From positions 124,001 through 188,000 of the IMG/VR virus record IMGVR_UViG_3300037805_000644: a DNA stretch of 64,000 nt. One strand, given 5' to 3'. Below are positions 19,718 through 29,126 of the stretch, piece after piece. Below the pieces are notes generated by a model. It was not told the origin of the DNA and made no database searches. It saw only the letters and a list, made by a program, of their open reading frames with translations. Position 1 is the first letter of the stretch. Each line of letters starts with the position of its first letter. A program made the translations under genes and the position numbers.

Positions 19718-19732
19718 ATAGGCTACCCACCG
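19718..19732 (-). promoter_or_regulatory. class II promoter-like motif
   Basis: CGGTgggtagcCTAT. Confidence 0.7.
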
Positions 19733-19776
19733 GAGAGCTTATTCGCCGGGAGGCAGCTCCCCCTGAAACATCTGCC

Positions 19777-20103
19777 TCACGGGACCAGCACGGATCCTGA
19801 GGACTTCTCCTCGATGTGCCCGAGGACTTGCGGCACGACCAGAAGGACGCACTTCTGGTCCAGGCCCTCCAGGCCCTCCATCTCGATCTGCCCGGCACTC
19901 AGATAAGCGACCCGCTGGCCGGGCTTGAATCCGGTTGGGACCACCTTGCCGTTGTCGAAGGTACGGCCGGAGCCCACCTCAACCACCAGGCCCGTCTCAT
20001 AGCTCTTGGTCTGGATGCCCCGGGGGATGATGAGCCCCTTTTGGGTTTCGCTCTCGATGTCGGGTGCGACCAGAATTCGGTTACCATTGGGGATAAAACG
20101 CAT
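19777..20103 (-). CDS. groES: co-chaperonin GroES/Cpn10
   Basis: PNGNRILV..TQKGLIIP..GLVVEVGSGR..G. Confidence 0.85.
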   Translation of the reverse strand: MRFIPNGNRILVAPDIESETQKGLIIPRGIQTKSYETGLVVEVGSGRTFDNGKVVPTGFKPGQRVAYLSAGQIEMEGLEGLDQKCVLLVVPQVLGHIEEKSSGSVLVP

Positions 20104-20146
20104 CAGCTCAACTCCTTGAGGTTCAGTACCTCAGTCAAAAAATCCA

Positions 20147-20545
20147 TCAGGTAGTCACCACCGGAGCCTCATGGGGGCCCCGGCCAGGGAAAGTCAGCCG
20201 GTCCGCCAGGAGCTGGGTCCACCCCGTAAACTCATGGGTCATGGAATTCAGGGTCCTCGGTGAAGGACCCGTGGCGTCAAACAGGGTGGCAGGGTTGCCG
20301 CACGGGTTGTGGCGGCTCGGGCTTGCATCAGGCCCCTCCAGGATGAAGGCTGCCCAGAGAGCCTTGTGAGCACTGCCCACACCCCACACCTCGACCAGCT
20401 CCAGCACCTCTTCGTCCTTGGCCCGGAACTCCCAACAATTACGCCCGGCTGTCCCGTACTGTTCGAGGTCATAGGGGGTGAACTCAGCCACCATCCGCTG
20501 AGCCGTCAAGAAATCGCCCTTGGGGACGTAAGTGCGTGCCTTCAT
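20147..20545 (-). CDS. hypothetical protein
   Basis: TGATG overlap with the actin-like gene. Confidence 0.55.
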   Translation of the reverse strand: MKARTYVPKGDFLTAQRMVAEFTPYDLEQYGTAGRNCWEFRAKDEEVLELVEVWGVGSAHKALWAAFILEGPDASPSRHNPCGNPATLFDATGPSPRTLNSMTHEFTGWTQLLADRLTFPGRGPHEAPVVTT

Positions 20546-21564
20546 CAGTCGTCCTCGTGCTCAATGATAGCCTGGGTAAGCATCCCGTTGGCCACTGCAT
20601 TCAGAGGGTCTGAGGCGTGTCGGATCTCCGACACCTTGAGGGGGAACCGCTTCTGCCGCTTCTTGAACTCTTTCTCGAAGAGCTGCACGAAATTCCCAGC
20701 CTTGCTCGTACCGCCTGAGATCACCAGGGGGATCGGCTTGGGCATCTCAAACTGCCCCTGGATCTGCTTGAAACGCTTGGCGATCTCGTCGAGGGTGTAG
20801 CGGATCAGTTCCTTGTAATAGAAAGAGACGGCCTCCTCCTCACGCCCTTGCGGGTTGAGCAGGTCCACCCCAGCCTCCTTGAGGGCACAGATACGGGCCT
20901 GGGTGGACCCGAGGGACCCCGCCACCCCCGCATCAATCCAGTCCCCACCCCGGGCCACTGAGAACGCCAGACCTTCGATGGTATTGATGGCCAGTGCCAC
21001 GTTGGTCATGCCGGCCCCGAAACTCAGGGCGATGCCGCTGAACCCGTCGCCAGAGCACTCGGAGAAAATGATGGACATCGCCTCGTTGGCGGGCCAGGGG
21101 GTGTAGCCGCACTCCTCCACGATCCGCTCAAACACACCCTTGTGGTAAATCACGTCCCGGTCAGGTCGATCAATGGGTGCTGCGGGGACCGAGAAATAGC
21201 AGTGCTCATCAGGCACCCGAGGCGGGCCGAGGATCTGCTTGATCATCAAGCCCAGCACCTCCAGTGCCTCTACCTCACCGGCGGAGACCAGGCCCGCCTG
21301 GAGGGGTCGGCGTGCCTCTTTGCCAAACACGTTGGCTGTCTCCATCGCAGCGTCCCCCAAGAGGAGAACGTCCTCACCTCGCTCAACGAAACTGGTGCCC
21401 GAGAGCTTGAGCATCTTCTTGGCGGAGGGGGGGAGGTCCAGGAAAGCATCCCGCATCCGGGTGTGCTCTACCGCAGTACCCGTGTGCCGAGCAGCCACCA
21501 GGTTCATGGTGCCGATATCGAGGCCAACCCCCAAAGGGGTCTTGGTGTCGTTCTTTGCAGGCAT
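20545..21564 (-). CDS. actin-fold ATPase, volactin-like
   Basis: GLDIGTMN (phosphate 1), NEAM (connect 1), SFGAGMTN (phosphate 2), GGDWID, SGGTS (adenosine), DPLNAVANG (connect 2). Confidence 0.85.
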   Translation of the reverse strand: MPAKNDTKTPLGVGLDIGTMNLVAARHTGTAVEHTRMRDAFLDLPPSAKKMLKLSGTSFVERGEDVLLLGDAAMETANVFGKEARRPLQAGLVSAGEVEALEVLGLMIKQILGPPRVPDEHCYFSVPAAPIDRPDRDVIYHKGVFERIVEECGYTPWPANEAMSIIFSECSGDGFSGIALSFGAGMTNVALAINTIEGLAFSVARGGDWIDAGVAGSLGSTQARICALKEAGVDLLNPQGREEEAVSFYYKELIRYTLDEIAKRFKQIQGQFEMPKPIPLVISGGTSKAGNFVQLFEKEFKKRQKRFPLKVSEIRHASDPLNAVANGMLTQAIIEHEDD

Positions 21565-21573
21565 TCGGTGTCC

Positions 21574-22167
21574 TTACTTCTTTTTCTTTCGGGCAGCCTT
21601 GAGGGCTGCGGTGGCGTCACCCACACCTGAGTCTGAGGACTCGGACTTGCTGGTTCGGATATCACCCTTCACCTCCCGGGCAACGAGATTGCCGGGGATG
21701 AACATGGGAGTATCGTCCTGCACCTTACCCACCGAGGGTGGAGTTATGGGGGGTGTTGCACCAGAATGGTGAACCACTTGGGGCTGCATGTTGCTGAGGG
21801 CTGCCAACAGGCGCGACTCCATCTCAACAAGCTGGGCCTTGACCTCGTCAGCCACCTCTTTGCGGGTGAGCCCTGGAGGGATCCGATCCACCACCGCCTG
21901 AACCACGGGTGGCACCTGGGTTACCGGCTGGGGGTTCAGGCGGGGCCTCGCCGGCTCAGGGGTTGGGAGCATCGAAGCGGGTCGCTTCTGGTTGTACCTC
22001 TTGATGGGGCGGACGGCCACGGCACCATTGCGGCGGGCATTGTACAGATCGGAGGAGGCTTCGGCATCCGCGTACGGAATGCAGATCTTCTTTTTCCGAG
22101 TCAGGATCAAACCCAGATCGGGCAGCTCGATCCTTCGGCAAATGCAGGTAAGCTCAGCTTCAATCAT
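21574..22167 (-). CDS. hypothetical protein, candidate actin partner
   Basis: Start MIEAEL at 22167 overlaps upstream stop (ATGA); Pro-rich linker, short coiled coil, basic tail AALKAARKKKK. Confidence 0.65.
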   Translation of the reverse strand: MIEAELTCICRRIELPDLGLILTRKKKICIPYADAEASSDLYNARRNGAVAVRPIKRYNQKRPASMLPTPEPARPRLNPQPVTQVPPVVQAVVDRIPPGLTRKEVADEVKAQLVEMESRLLAALSNMQPQVVHHSGATPPITPPSVGKVQDDTPMFIPGNLVAREVKGDIRTSKSESSDSGVGDATAALKAARKKKK

Positions 22168-22778
22168 TGTGTAGGGTCCCCCTGGAGGAGGTGCTTCACC
22201 ACCTCCTGGGTCAGGCGCTGGGCGCATCGTTCTCTCCCCTTGCGGATCCCCCGCTGCATGAACGTAAACTTGGCGATGCCCGGGTGGATCCATGCATCTC
22301 TGGTCTCAAAGGGGGCGAACCTCAGCACCACACCACCACCTTTCTGCTTGAGAGGCACCACCAGCGGCAGGCGCTCACCCTTGGAGATCTTGCCTGATTG
22401 CTTCATGCCCCTCTCGCGTTCGCCTTTGGTGAGCTTGAACTTCTCAGGGTGGTCTTCCTTGTGTTTCTGGGTCATCCAGGTCATCCGCCGGCTGGGGATG
22501 TCCCCTGAGGCCAGCTCAACCATCCCATACCAGGTGGATTGGATCTCGATGGTGGATCCACCTCGGATGCGGTAGCTCCAGGACTTAGGGAAATCGGCAC
22601 CCCCGTCCGGGTCCCGCACAGACCACCCCCGCTTGGCGAAGTCTTTGAGACCTTCCTCAACCACAGACGCAATGAGGCATTTGGCTAGGTCCTCCAGCAC
22701 CTCGGGGGTGATGGGGATACTAGACATCTTCGACCACGGCTTACCGTAAACACCACGTACTCGGCGAGTATCACTCAT
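22164..22778 (-). CDS. putative neck/tail-completion protein
   Basis: Basic protein, VLRFAP..WIHPGIAKFTFMQRG C-terminus; structural context. Confidence 0.45.
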   Translation of the reverse strand: MSDTRRVRGVYGKPWSKMSSIPITPEVLEDLAKCLIASVVEEGLKDFAKRGWSVRDPDGGADFPKSWSYRIRGGSTIEIQSTWYGMVELASGDIPSRRMTWMTQKHKEDHPEKFKLTKGERERGMKQSGKISKGERLPLVVPLKQKGGGVVLRFAPFETRDAWIHPGIAKFTFMQRGIRKGRERCAQRLTQEVVKHLLQGDPTQ

Positions 22779-22809
22779 GGCCCATTGTACCCTCTATCTC
22801 AGAAAAAAC

Positions 22810-22846
22810 GGTAACTCCTGAGGAGTTGGTAGTAGGCAAGGTGAAC
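22810..22846 (+). promoter_or_regulatory. class I promoter-like motif
   Basis: GGTAACtcctgaggagttGGTAGTAGGCAAGGTGAAC. Confidence 0.8.
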
Positions 22847-22859
22847 AAGGGAGAGCAAA

Positions 22860-23294
22860 ATGAACGTGAACATCGCAAGTGTCAAGGCCCTCTACACCAA
22901 CCCTGAGTTTCTGGTCCTCCTTGCTGTGCTGGAGCTGGCTCAGGAGGAATCCGCCCGACTCCGAGCCCTGGTTGACGCCTACTCCCAGCCCATTCTGGAC
23001 AAGGCGGGGCTGGTGGACGATGAGGGAAACCCCATCACCGACCTGCGCCGGGCTTGGCTCTGCCAGGACGGCGATGCCTGCGACGCCTACTATGCTGCCC
23101 GCCTCCAGGCCAACAACGACAACGGGTTCGACCTGGGGGATAGCTGCCCGGCTCTCGTCGCTGAGAGCAGTGTCACTGACGCTGAGAATGCCTTGATTGC
23201 TGCTGCCAACACCCACTATGGGCTGCCCACCATCTACAACCTGGACCTGCGGGCAAAGTACCTGGACTTGCTCACCAACCCACCCCGCCACTAA
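22860..23294 (+). CDS. hypothetical protein
   Basis: Single plus-strand gene behind a class I motif within the structural region. Confidence 0.75.
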   Translation: MNVNIASVKALYTNPEFLVLLAVLELAQEESARLRALVDAYSQPILDKAGLVDDEGNPITDLRRAWLCQDGDACDAYYAARLQANNDNGFDLGDSCPALVAESSVTDAENALIAAANTHYGLPTIYNLDLRAKYLDLLTNPPRH

Positions 23295-24292
23295 CCCCAC
23301 TCCTCTCGCAGGGGATGCCAAAGCCGCAGCATCCGCTCACCGGCGGCAATACGGGTGGCGGACCTTCCCAGATGAGCCAGGGCCCACCCCGAATGGATCT
23401 CTGATTCCGAGTACCGCACCACTGAATACCCCAAGGTATAAAACCCTTGTGCTGTCTGCACGTCATCCGCAATCCGGGCACGGGCATCCCCGAAAATGTA
23501 GCCAGGGCCATGGAAAGCTTCCCCATCACACAGAACAACCAGCTTTTGCTTGCCGAGAATAACTTTGATGTCTGCTTCCCGAGGTCTCCACACCCCCTCG
23601 AAATCAAGGCTAATCCAATCGTTCAAGACATGGGAATACCCCTGAGCGGCCAGAGTTTCCCCAAAGCCCCTCTCCAATGCGGATCCGCCACCAAATCTAC
23701 GTTTGATTTCTGCGGCTTTCTGCTCTGGGGTCATGGCGTTCCATGCCTGGTGTGCTTTTTGGATGTTAGCTGTGCAGGCCACCTTTTTCCGCAGGGCTGC
23801 CAATTCTCGGTAGCCCCCGACACCAAAATGATCTTCTGCGATGGCCTTGAAAGTTTTGTAAGGGATCCCGAGCCTCCGGGTAAGCCCGCCCACCGTCTCC
23901 CCCGCCCTGTAACCAGAGGCCACTTCACGGTAAAGGGGGTCCCCTTTCTGCCAGTTGCAGATGTCTTCGGGTTGGGGTCGGGAGATGACCTCGGGCAGGG
24001 TCGGGTGCTGCACCTGGGTTTTCTCATACCTGCGCTTGCCCAGCCGATTGCGGAGTTCCTGGCAGGAAGGGCACCTTTTACGGTGAACCTTTTTGGGGTC
24101 CTGAACCTCCCAAACCCCGCCACACTTACGACATTCGGGGTACCCCCGATACTGGGCACGACCCTGCCGCCACCGCTCTCGGAGGGCCAGGTGCTCGGGA
24201 TCGGGGTTGAACCGGAAATGCTGAGACAACGCTCGGTTGTTCCTTACGGACTTACCGCACACCTCACAGGAACCAAGAAACGACCCCATCAC
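23291..24292 (-). CDS. Zn-finger/HTH protein with Vsr/DUF559-like endonuclease; probable homing endonuclease
   Basis: CEVCG..ALSQHF, CRKC/CPSC; ADIKV..LVVLCDGEAFHG..D..LGYSVVRYSESEI. Confidence 0.7.
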   Translation of the reverse strand: MMGSFLGSCEVCGKSVRNNRALSQHFRFNPDPEHLALRERWRQGRAQYRGYPECRKCGGVWEVQDPKKVHRKRCPSCQELRNRLGKRRYEKTQVQHPTLPEVISRPQPEDICNWQKGDPLYREVASGYRAGETVGGLTRRLGIPYKTFKAIAEDHFGVGGYRELAALRKKVACTANIQKAHQAWNAMTPEQKAAEIKRRFGGGSALERGFGETLAAQGYSHVLNDWISLDFEGVWRPREADIKVILGKQKLVVLCDGEAFHGPGYIFGDARARIADDVQTAQGFYTLGYSVVRYSESEIHSGWALAHLGRSATRIAAGERMLRLWHPLREEWG

Positions 24293-25781
24293 AAACCTCC
24301 ACTACCAGCCGGTACACCAAGTACAGGCTGATAGGGGAAATACCGTAGCTGGTGTTCTCCCAAACCTTGGTGCGCCCGCGCTTCTCATTGTGGTCTGGGA
24401 CGGAGCCCTTCTCAGTCTGGAGCGGGGTGACCACCTCGGGCCCTTCGGGGTAGGTGGGCCCTGCCCAGCCTTCATCCTGATCGTAAGACCGCTCACCGGT
24501 CACCGGCATCCGGGGGTACATCGGAGCAGGCTCACCCGACTTCGGGCGGGTCTCGGGCCAGGGGAGTTCCGTGGTCCCGTCGATGGGCATCCGGTACCGG
24601 ATGTCGCCCTCAGCGAGATATCCGATGTTGAAATGCTGCTGGAGCAGGTTACCCCGGTGCGTGGGCCTCCGCACTGGACCCACGCTGTACCGCTCATTGG
24701 TCTGCTTGACGATGAAATCCCGCTGGGTGAGGAGAGGAGAGGGACCCGTCCACACCTCGTACTGGTGTTCCTTGTGCCGCCCCAGGGAGGTCTGGGAGAT
24801 GCGGCGCTCCGCGTCGTCAGGGGCGATGATGGTCTCAAAGGGGCCGTCGTACCCACCAACGAATCCTGTCCCATAGCAGGTCAGGCAGTTGTTCTCAGGC
24901 TGCTTGCTGTACTCCAGCGCACGCACATCCTCACGGGTGCATTCGCAGGGTGATCCACAATGCTTGCGGATAAACAGCTTCACCCGTTCACCACCACACC
25001 CGAGGATCCACTGGTTGCGGCGCACCGCCTCTTCCCAGATGTAATCCATGCTCTCAACCTCGGCGGTTGAGAGTGGTTTGGTTTGGTTGAGGGGGGTCTC
25101 AGTGTAGCCGGAAGGGGTCTCGGAGTCGATGACCACAGTGGTCAGCCGATACCAGTTCCACTTGTCTAGGCCCGAGGCCACGTAGTTGGCGGGGGCCCAG
25201 TATTCGACACGAACAACGGAATCCGCTGTCGGGATGACAGCGTGCTCTACGCTCTCGGTCCCCACCTCAAACCGTGCCTGGTTGATGAGGGTCACCTCAC
25301 CCGCAGGGCCAAACACCTCCGAAACGGGGACCTCTACATCATCAATGTAGACGGTCAGGTCAGCAGGGTGGTTGGCGAATGTCGGTTTGTCATAGGGGGC
25401 CGCATCACGCTGCTTGCAGATTCGGCGGGTGGTTCGGAACTGGAACCTGCGATCATTGGGCTTGTCGCCCTTGAAATTCCAGGCGACATCCCACCGCACT
25501 GTCTCTGAGACGAACTGGAGGTCCGTCCGGTCCCGGTAAAACCCGGACCCGATGGGGAACTCGTTGATGCGGTAAAAGGGCCCCCGGTCGGAGCTGTCCG
25601 ACCGATAGACGTTCACACCTACAACGTGATAGGGGGTGTTGCCGGATAGGAGGGTGGGGTTATCCCACCGGAGATCGATCACCCCTGGCAGGTACGGGCT
25701 TACCGCCGCCCCGTCACTGGGAGGGAGGGGGTAGCCCCCCCCACCAAACCCAGAACTCTTAGGATCCCATCCAGCGGCCAT
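24264..25781 (-). CDS. putative neck/head-closure protein with FN3-like N-terminus and Cys cluster
   Basis: IDLRWDNP..GVNVYRS; GGERVKLFIRKHCGSPCEC..CLTCYGTGFVGGY. Confidence 0.5.
   Translation of the reverse strand: MAAGWDPKSSGFGGGGYPLPPSDGAAVSPYLPGVIDLRWDNPTLLSGNTPYHVVGVNVYRSDSSDRGPFYRINEFPIGSGFYRDRTDLQFVSETVRWDVAWNFKGDKPNDRRFQFRTTRRICKQRDAAPYDKPTFANHPADLTVYIDDVEVPVSEVFGPAGEVTLINQARFEVGTESVEHAVIPTADSVVRVEYWAPANYVASGLDKWNWYRLTTVVIDSETPSGYTETPLNQTKPLSTAEVESMDYIWEEAVRRNQWILGCGGERVKLFIRKHCGSPCECTREDVRALEYSKQPENNCLTCYGTGFVGGYDGPFETIIAPDDAERRISQTSLGRHKEHQYEVWTGPSPLLTQRDFIVKQTNERYSVGPVRRPTHRGNLLQQHFNIGYLAEGDIRYRMPIDGTTELPWPETRPKSGEPAPMYPRMPVTGERSYDQDEGWAGPTYPEGPEVVTPLQTEKGSVPDHNEKRGRTKVWENTSYGISPISLYLVYRLVVEVCDGVVSWFL
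24331..24345 (-). promoter_or_regulatory. class II promoter-like motif for the endonuclease gene, inside the 3' end of the upstream ORF
   Basis: CGGTatttcccCTAT. Confidence 0.65.
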
Positions 25782-25787
25782 CTAACC

Positions 25788-26105
25788 TCACTCCTCAGTC
25801 GTAACCGGGAGGTCCTTGTGGTTCTTCTGCACCACCTGGACCTTGTTGTCCGGGGTGATCTTCCACGGCGTGCCCTTCTCAATGCCGCACCGCTTGGCAA
25901 TGCCTTCCATGACGCCCTGACCCTGGCCCTCGATGGCGCCGATCCGGCCAAGGATGGCCGCCTTGCGGACTTCGAGCTGGCCGATCTGGTTGTAGCTGGC
26001 GTTGGCCTGGGCCTGGAGCTGCTGGAGCTGTGCGATCTCAGCCGGAGCCAACTCACCCTGAATGCCGTTGTTGTTCTCGTTCTTACTCATGATACGGGTC
26101 TCCAT
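25788..26105 (-). CDS. small coiled-coil protein
   Basis: Gln-rich heptads; lies in structural gene string. Confidence 0.7.
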   Translation of the reverse strand: METRIMSKNENNNGIQGELAPAEIAQLQQLQAQANASYNQIGQLEVRKAAILGRIGAIEGQGQGVMEGIAKRCGIEKGTPWKITPDNKVQVVQKNHKDLPVTTEE

Positions 26106-26136
26106 TTATCTCCCCCTACATTAAGGGGTGCCGACT

Positions 26137-26409
26137 CTACCCGCCCGGCTGGGCATCCGTACCCATCTCCACCGCCGTCTCCACCTCTGCTCTCACCCGC
26201 AAGGCGGAGAGGAAATTGAGCAGGTGGACACCAAGACGGCTACCTAGCACTAGCCGTCGGGGGGTCATCCTTTGGGTGTTCTTGTGGAAAGAGTAATACA
26301 CCACACCATCCTGGTCCGTGTACTCGTAAACCCTCTTGCCGGCAACAGCAGCCTCCATCAGGCGCTGTTCAGAGGTCGCCTCAAGGCTTGAGGATTTGCT
26401 GGTGGTCAT
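26137..26409 (-). CDS. hypothetical protein
   Basis: AGGAG RBS before ATG 26409; class II motif at 26452-26466. Confidence 0.6.
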   Translation of the reverse strand: MTTSKSSSLEATSEQRLMEAAVAGKRVYEYTDQDGVVYYSFHKNTQRMTPRRLVLGSRLGVHLLNFLSALRVRAEVETAVEMGTDAQPGG

Positions 26410-26485
26410 AGGGAACTCCTGGCGGGGGGTCTTCTCACTTGGGGTGCGGGTATAGGCAGAAGACCGCAACCCCAAAGGAGCAAGG

Positions 26486-27424
26486 ATGCCTCTTCCAGAC
26501 CACCTCCAGCAATTCCAGGACCACCCCATCAGGGTGCTGGATGACGGCCACGTCCAGCTCATTGACGTGATGGGCGACGACATGACCATCGTTGACGCTG
26601 CACGGGTCAGCTATGGCAAGGGCACCAAGCGGATGTCCGCAGACCGCCACCTCATCCGCTACCTCATGCGGCACCGCCACACGAGCCCCTTCGAGATGTG
26701 CTCGATCACCGTCAGGGTGCGAGTCCCTATGGACTGCTGGCGCCAGTGGATCCGCCACCGCACTGCCTCGGTCAACGAGTACAGCACCCGCTACTCCGAG
26801 GCCATCGACTCCGCCCAGGCTGCCGAGGGCAACTGGCGTGCCCAGGCCAAGGACAACAAGCAGGGCTCTGCGGGGGTGGTCACCGAGTTCCCCAAGGGGT
26901 TCCGCATGATGGACATTGAGAACACCCCTGCCATCATGGTGCCGACGACCGGCTCAGGGTACCTGAGCTTCCGGGAGCAGCAGCTCCAGGCGCTGTCCCG
27001 TGTGGTGTATGAGGAGCGTCTGGCTTTCGGCGTCGCTCGTGAGCAAGCCCGCAAAGACCTCCCGCTCTCCACGTACACCGAGGCGTACTGGAAGATGGAC
27101 CTGCACAACCTCTTCCACTTTCTCCGGCTCCGCATGGACCCCCACGCCCAGTCGGAGATCCGGGAGTTCGCCAACGCCATCGCTGAGATCGTCAAGGAGT
27201 GGGTGCCTTGGGCCTGGGAAGCCTTCGAGGACTACCAGCTCGGGGGCATGTACCTCACCAAGTTTGAGCAGCAGGGCATCTCAGCCCTGCTGACCGATCT
27301 GATGGACCTCGCCAATGCAGGCGGCCCTGAGTCCGTGATGCCTGTTGCAGAGAAAGGCTCAGGGCTTACCAAGGGTCGAGAGCTGCGTGCTTTCCGGGAC
27401 AAGCTCATGAGGCTCCTGGGCTGA
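26486..27424 (+). CDS. thyX: flavin-dependent thymidylate synthase
   Basis: AARVSY, HTSPFE, RQWIRHRTASVNEYSTRY, AREQAR, HAQSEIR. Confidence 0.97.
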   Translation: MPLPDHLQQFQDHPIRVLDDGHVQLIDVMGDDMTIVDAARVSYGKGTKRMSADRHLIRYLMRHRHTSPFEMCSITVRVRVPMDCWRQWIRHRTASVNEYSTRYSEAIDSAQAAEGNWRAQAKDNKQGSAGVVTEFPKGFRMMDIENTPAIMVPTTGSGYLSFREQQLQALSRVVYEERLAFGVAREQARKDLPLSTYTEAYWKMDLHNLFHFLRLRMDPHAQSEIREFANAIAEIVKEWVPWAWEAFEDYQLGGMYLTKFEQQGISALLTDLMDLANAGGPESVMPVAEKGSGLTKGRELRAFRDKLMRLLG

Positions 27425-27457
27425 CACCCTCCCGTCTTTCGGGCGGTAGAGTCCCCC

Positions 27458-27805
27458 ATGAATGGCGGACTTCACCTTTATCTAATCCAGGCGCACACCA
27501 CTGGGGCCTTCAAGGTCGGCCGCTCCTCTAACCCGGAGCGGCGCTTGAAGGAACTCCAGACAGGCAGCCCTTTCGAGCTTCGGATCATCCTCGTGATCGA
27601 GAACTCAGGGCACCGTGAGAAACCCCTCCACCGCCGACTGCACGGGTACCGATCCCAGGGCCACCTCAAGGGAGAGTGGTTCATTGAACCCGCCCTGGGT
27701 GAGCTTCCTGACGATGTCTATGATCAGCTCGATCTGGACACGGTCAATGAGTGGTGGGTGTCCGAAGCCGGGCCCATCCACCACCCGGGACCCCCCACCC
27801 GGTAA
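27458..27805 (+). CDS. GIY-YIG-like T5orf172/Mug113 domain protein
   Basis: LYLIQ..FKVGRSSNPERRLKELQTGSP..GEWF. Confidence 0.85.
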   Translation: MNGGLHLYLIQAHTTGAFKVGRSSNPERRLKELQTGSPFELRIILVIENSGHREKPLHRRLHGYRSQGHLKGEWFIEPALGELPDDVYDQLDLDTVNEWWVSEAGPIHHPGPPTR

Positions 27806-27853
27806 CAGCACACCCCCTTTCGAGTAGAGACCCTGAACTTCTAGGGGACCCCC

Positions 27854-28102
27854 ATGGATGAAGACCTGGACAACCTGCCCCTCTGGGTGGCAGCTCTTGC
27901 GGTATTGACCCTGATGATCACCCACATGATCCCGCTGGTGTTCCTGGCAACCGCCGCTTGGGTGCTGGGTTCTGCGGTCTCAAGCTCCACCTGGGTATCT
28001 GCCCTATTGATTATTCTGACGGTAGCCGTTTACGACACCCTGTGGAACCGCACGGTGGACCGCCTCATTCTGAGGTACGGCGATCCAGGAGAGCAAGAAT
28101 GA
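27854..28102 (+). CDS. small membrane protein
   Basis: Hydrophobic segments; class I motif at 27801-27827. Confidence 0.6.
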   Translation: MDEDLDNLPLWVAALAVLTLMITHMIPLVFLATAAWVLGSAVSSSTWVSALLIILTVAVYDTLWNRTVDRLILRYGDPGEQE

Positions 28103-28455
28103 ACGACGACGATAACATCATCTTTTACGAGAACGGCCGGGGTGGCGCAGCAGTGTCCTTGGATGGCGGGGTCTCCGTGATCGTCCCCACCGGAAGGTCC
28201 CTCAACCTAGCGGACACCCCCGTATGGGAAGAAACCGACTTTGAGCATACGGAGGTCCTGCTCACGAGGGTGCAACAGAAAGCCCTCCAGGATCACCTGG
28301 ACCGGGGGCCCCTCACCCCCTTGGAGGAGATGGCAGAGAACTTGCGGCGGGAGTCAACCCTGCGGAAACGTCGTGAGAACGCCCCTCAGAACTTCTGCAA
28401 GTATCGGGGCAAGCTAGGCGAGCGCACCTTGGTGGTCCTGTCCGAGACAGATTGA
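28099..28455 (+). CDS. hypothetical protein
   Basis: ATGA overlap, start MNDDDNII. Confidence 0.6.
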   Translation: MNDDDNIIFYENGRGGAAVSLDGGVSVIVPTGRSLNLADTPVWEETDFEHTEVLLTRVQQKALQDHLDRGPLTPLEEMAENLRRESTLRKRRENAPQNFCKYRGKLGERTLVVLSETD

Positions 28456-29124
28456 GCGCCACTCTCCTGGCGTAGGGGGCTTCCAGGTGGGGTCGGACAC
28501 CCAAGGGTGGCTCGGCCCCTCACCCCTGCACAGCAACGAATTCGAGGGGGTCCAGCACAGGCGTGCTTTCCCCCGCTTCCCCCTCTTGAGTGCGTACTCT
28601 GCCCTCAGCGCCTCCGACCTGCTGTAGTAAGGCCCGTGCAGAGCCCTCGCCTCCCAGGGACGATGCTTTGAGGTGTACCTCCCCCCCAGAGGGTTCCCAG
28701 GCTTCCCATTTGCATAGAGCCCGTTATGCTCCCGTAGCCGCCTCGCCGGCTCAGTGGTCATGCCTACATAAAAGAACCCGGGCAAGGGGCCCCGCTTCCC
28801 CACGCGGGCCTGGAGGCTCTGCACCACATACACCCAAAAGAGCCGCAAGGGGAGTTCAGGAACTTTCTTGTTGAGGCACCCTTCCCCCGCTGCCTGAGCA
28901 AGCAAGATCGCCCTGGCCTCACCCTCCCGGGCAGACTCCTCACTCGGGAACTCTTCGAGTATGGTGGAGGTCACCCCCTCCCAGGTGTGTGAGTCGTGGA
29001 AAGTCAGGGCTCGGGCGGAGGTCACCCCAAAAGTAAATCCACCCTCCTCGAAAACCATCCGGTACAGCAACCAGGGGTGGACCTGGGGAGCTTTTCTGGG
29101 GGATCGCCTTTTTTTTCGTTTCAT
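28414..29124 (-). CDS. SLX1-like GIY-YIG nuclease
   Basis: WVYVVQS..FYVGMT..RRLREHNG..GGRYT..RPW..ALRAE. Confidence 0.85.
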   Translation of the reverse strand: MKRKKRRSPRKAPQVHPWLLYRMVFEEGGFTFGVTSARALTFHDSHTWEGVTSTILEEFPSEESAREGEARAILLAQAAGEGCLNKKVPELPLRLFWVYVVQSLQARVGKRGPLPGFFYVGMTTEPARRLREHNGLYANGKPGNPLGGRYTSKHRPWEARALHGPYYSRSEALRAEYALKRGKRGKARLCWTPSNSLLCRGEGPSHPWVSDPTWKPPTPGEWRSICLGQDHQGALA

Positions 29125-29126
29125 CG

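Noticed and set aside
22779-22815. TACAAT -10 box upstream of the actin-containing gene string
   Set aside because: No convincing -35 at the proper spacing; cannot be supported
11670-25781. Interpretation as a host eCIS, T6SS or tailocin locus
   Set aside because: Capsid, scaffold, prohead protease and phage metabolic genes are present, with no host chromosomal context
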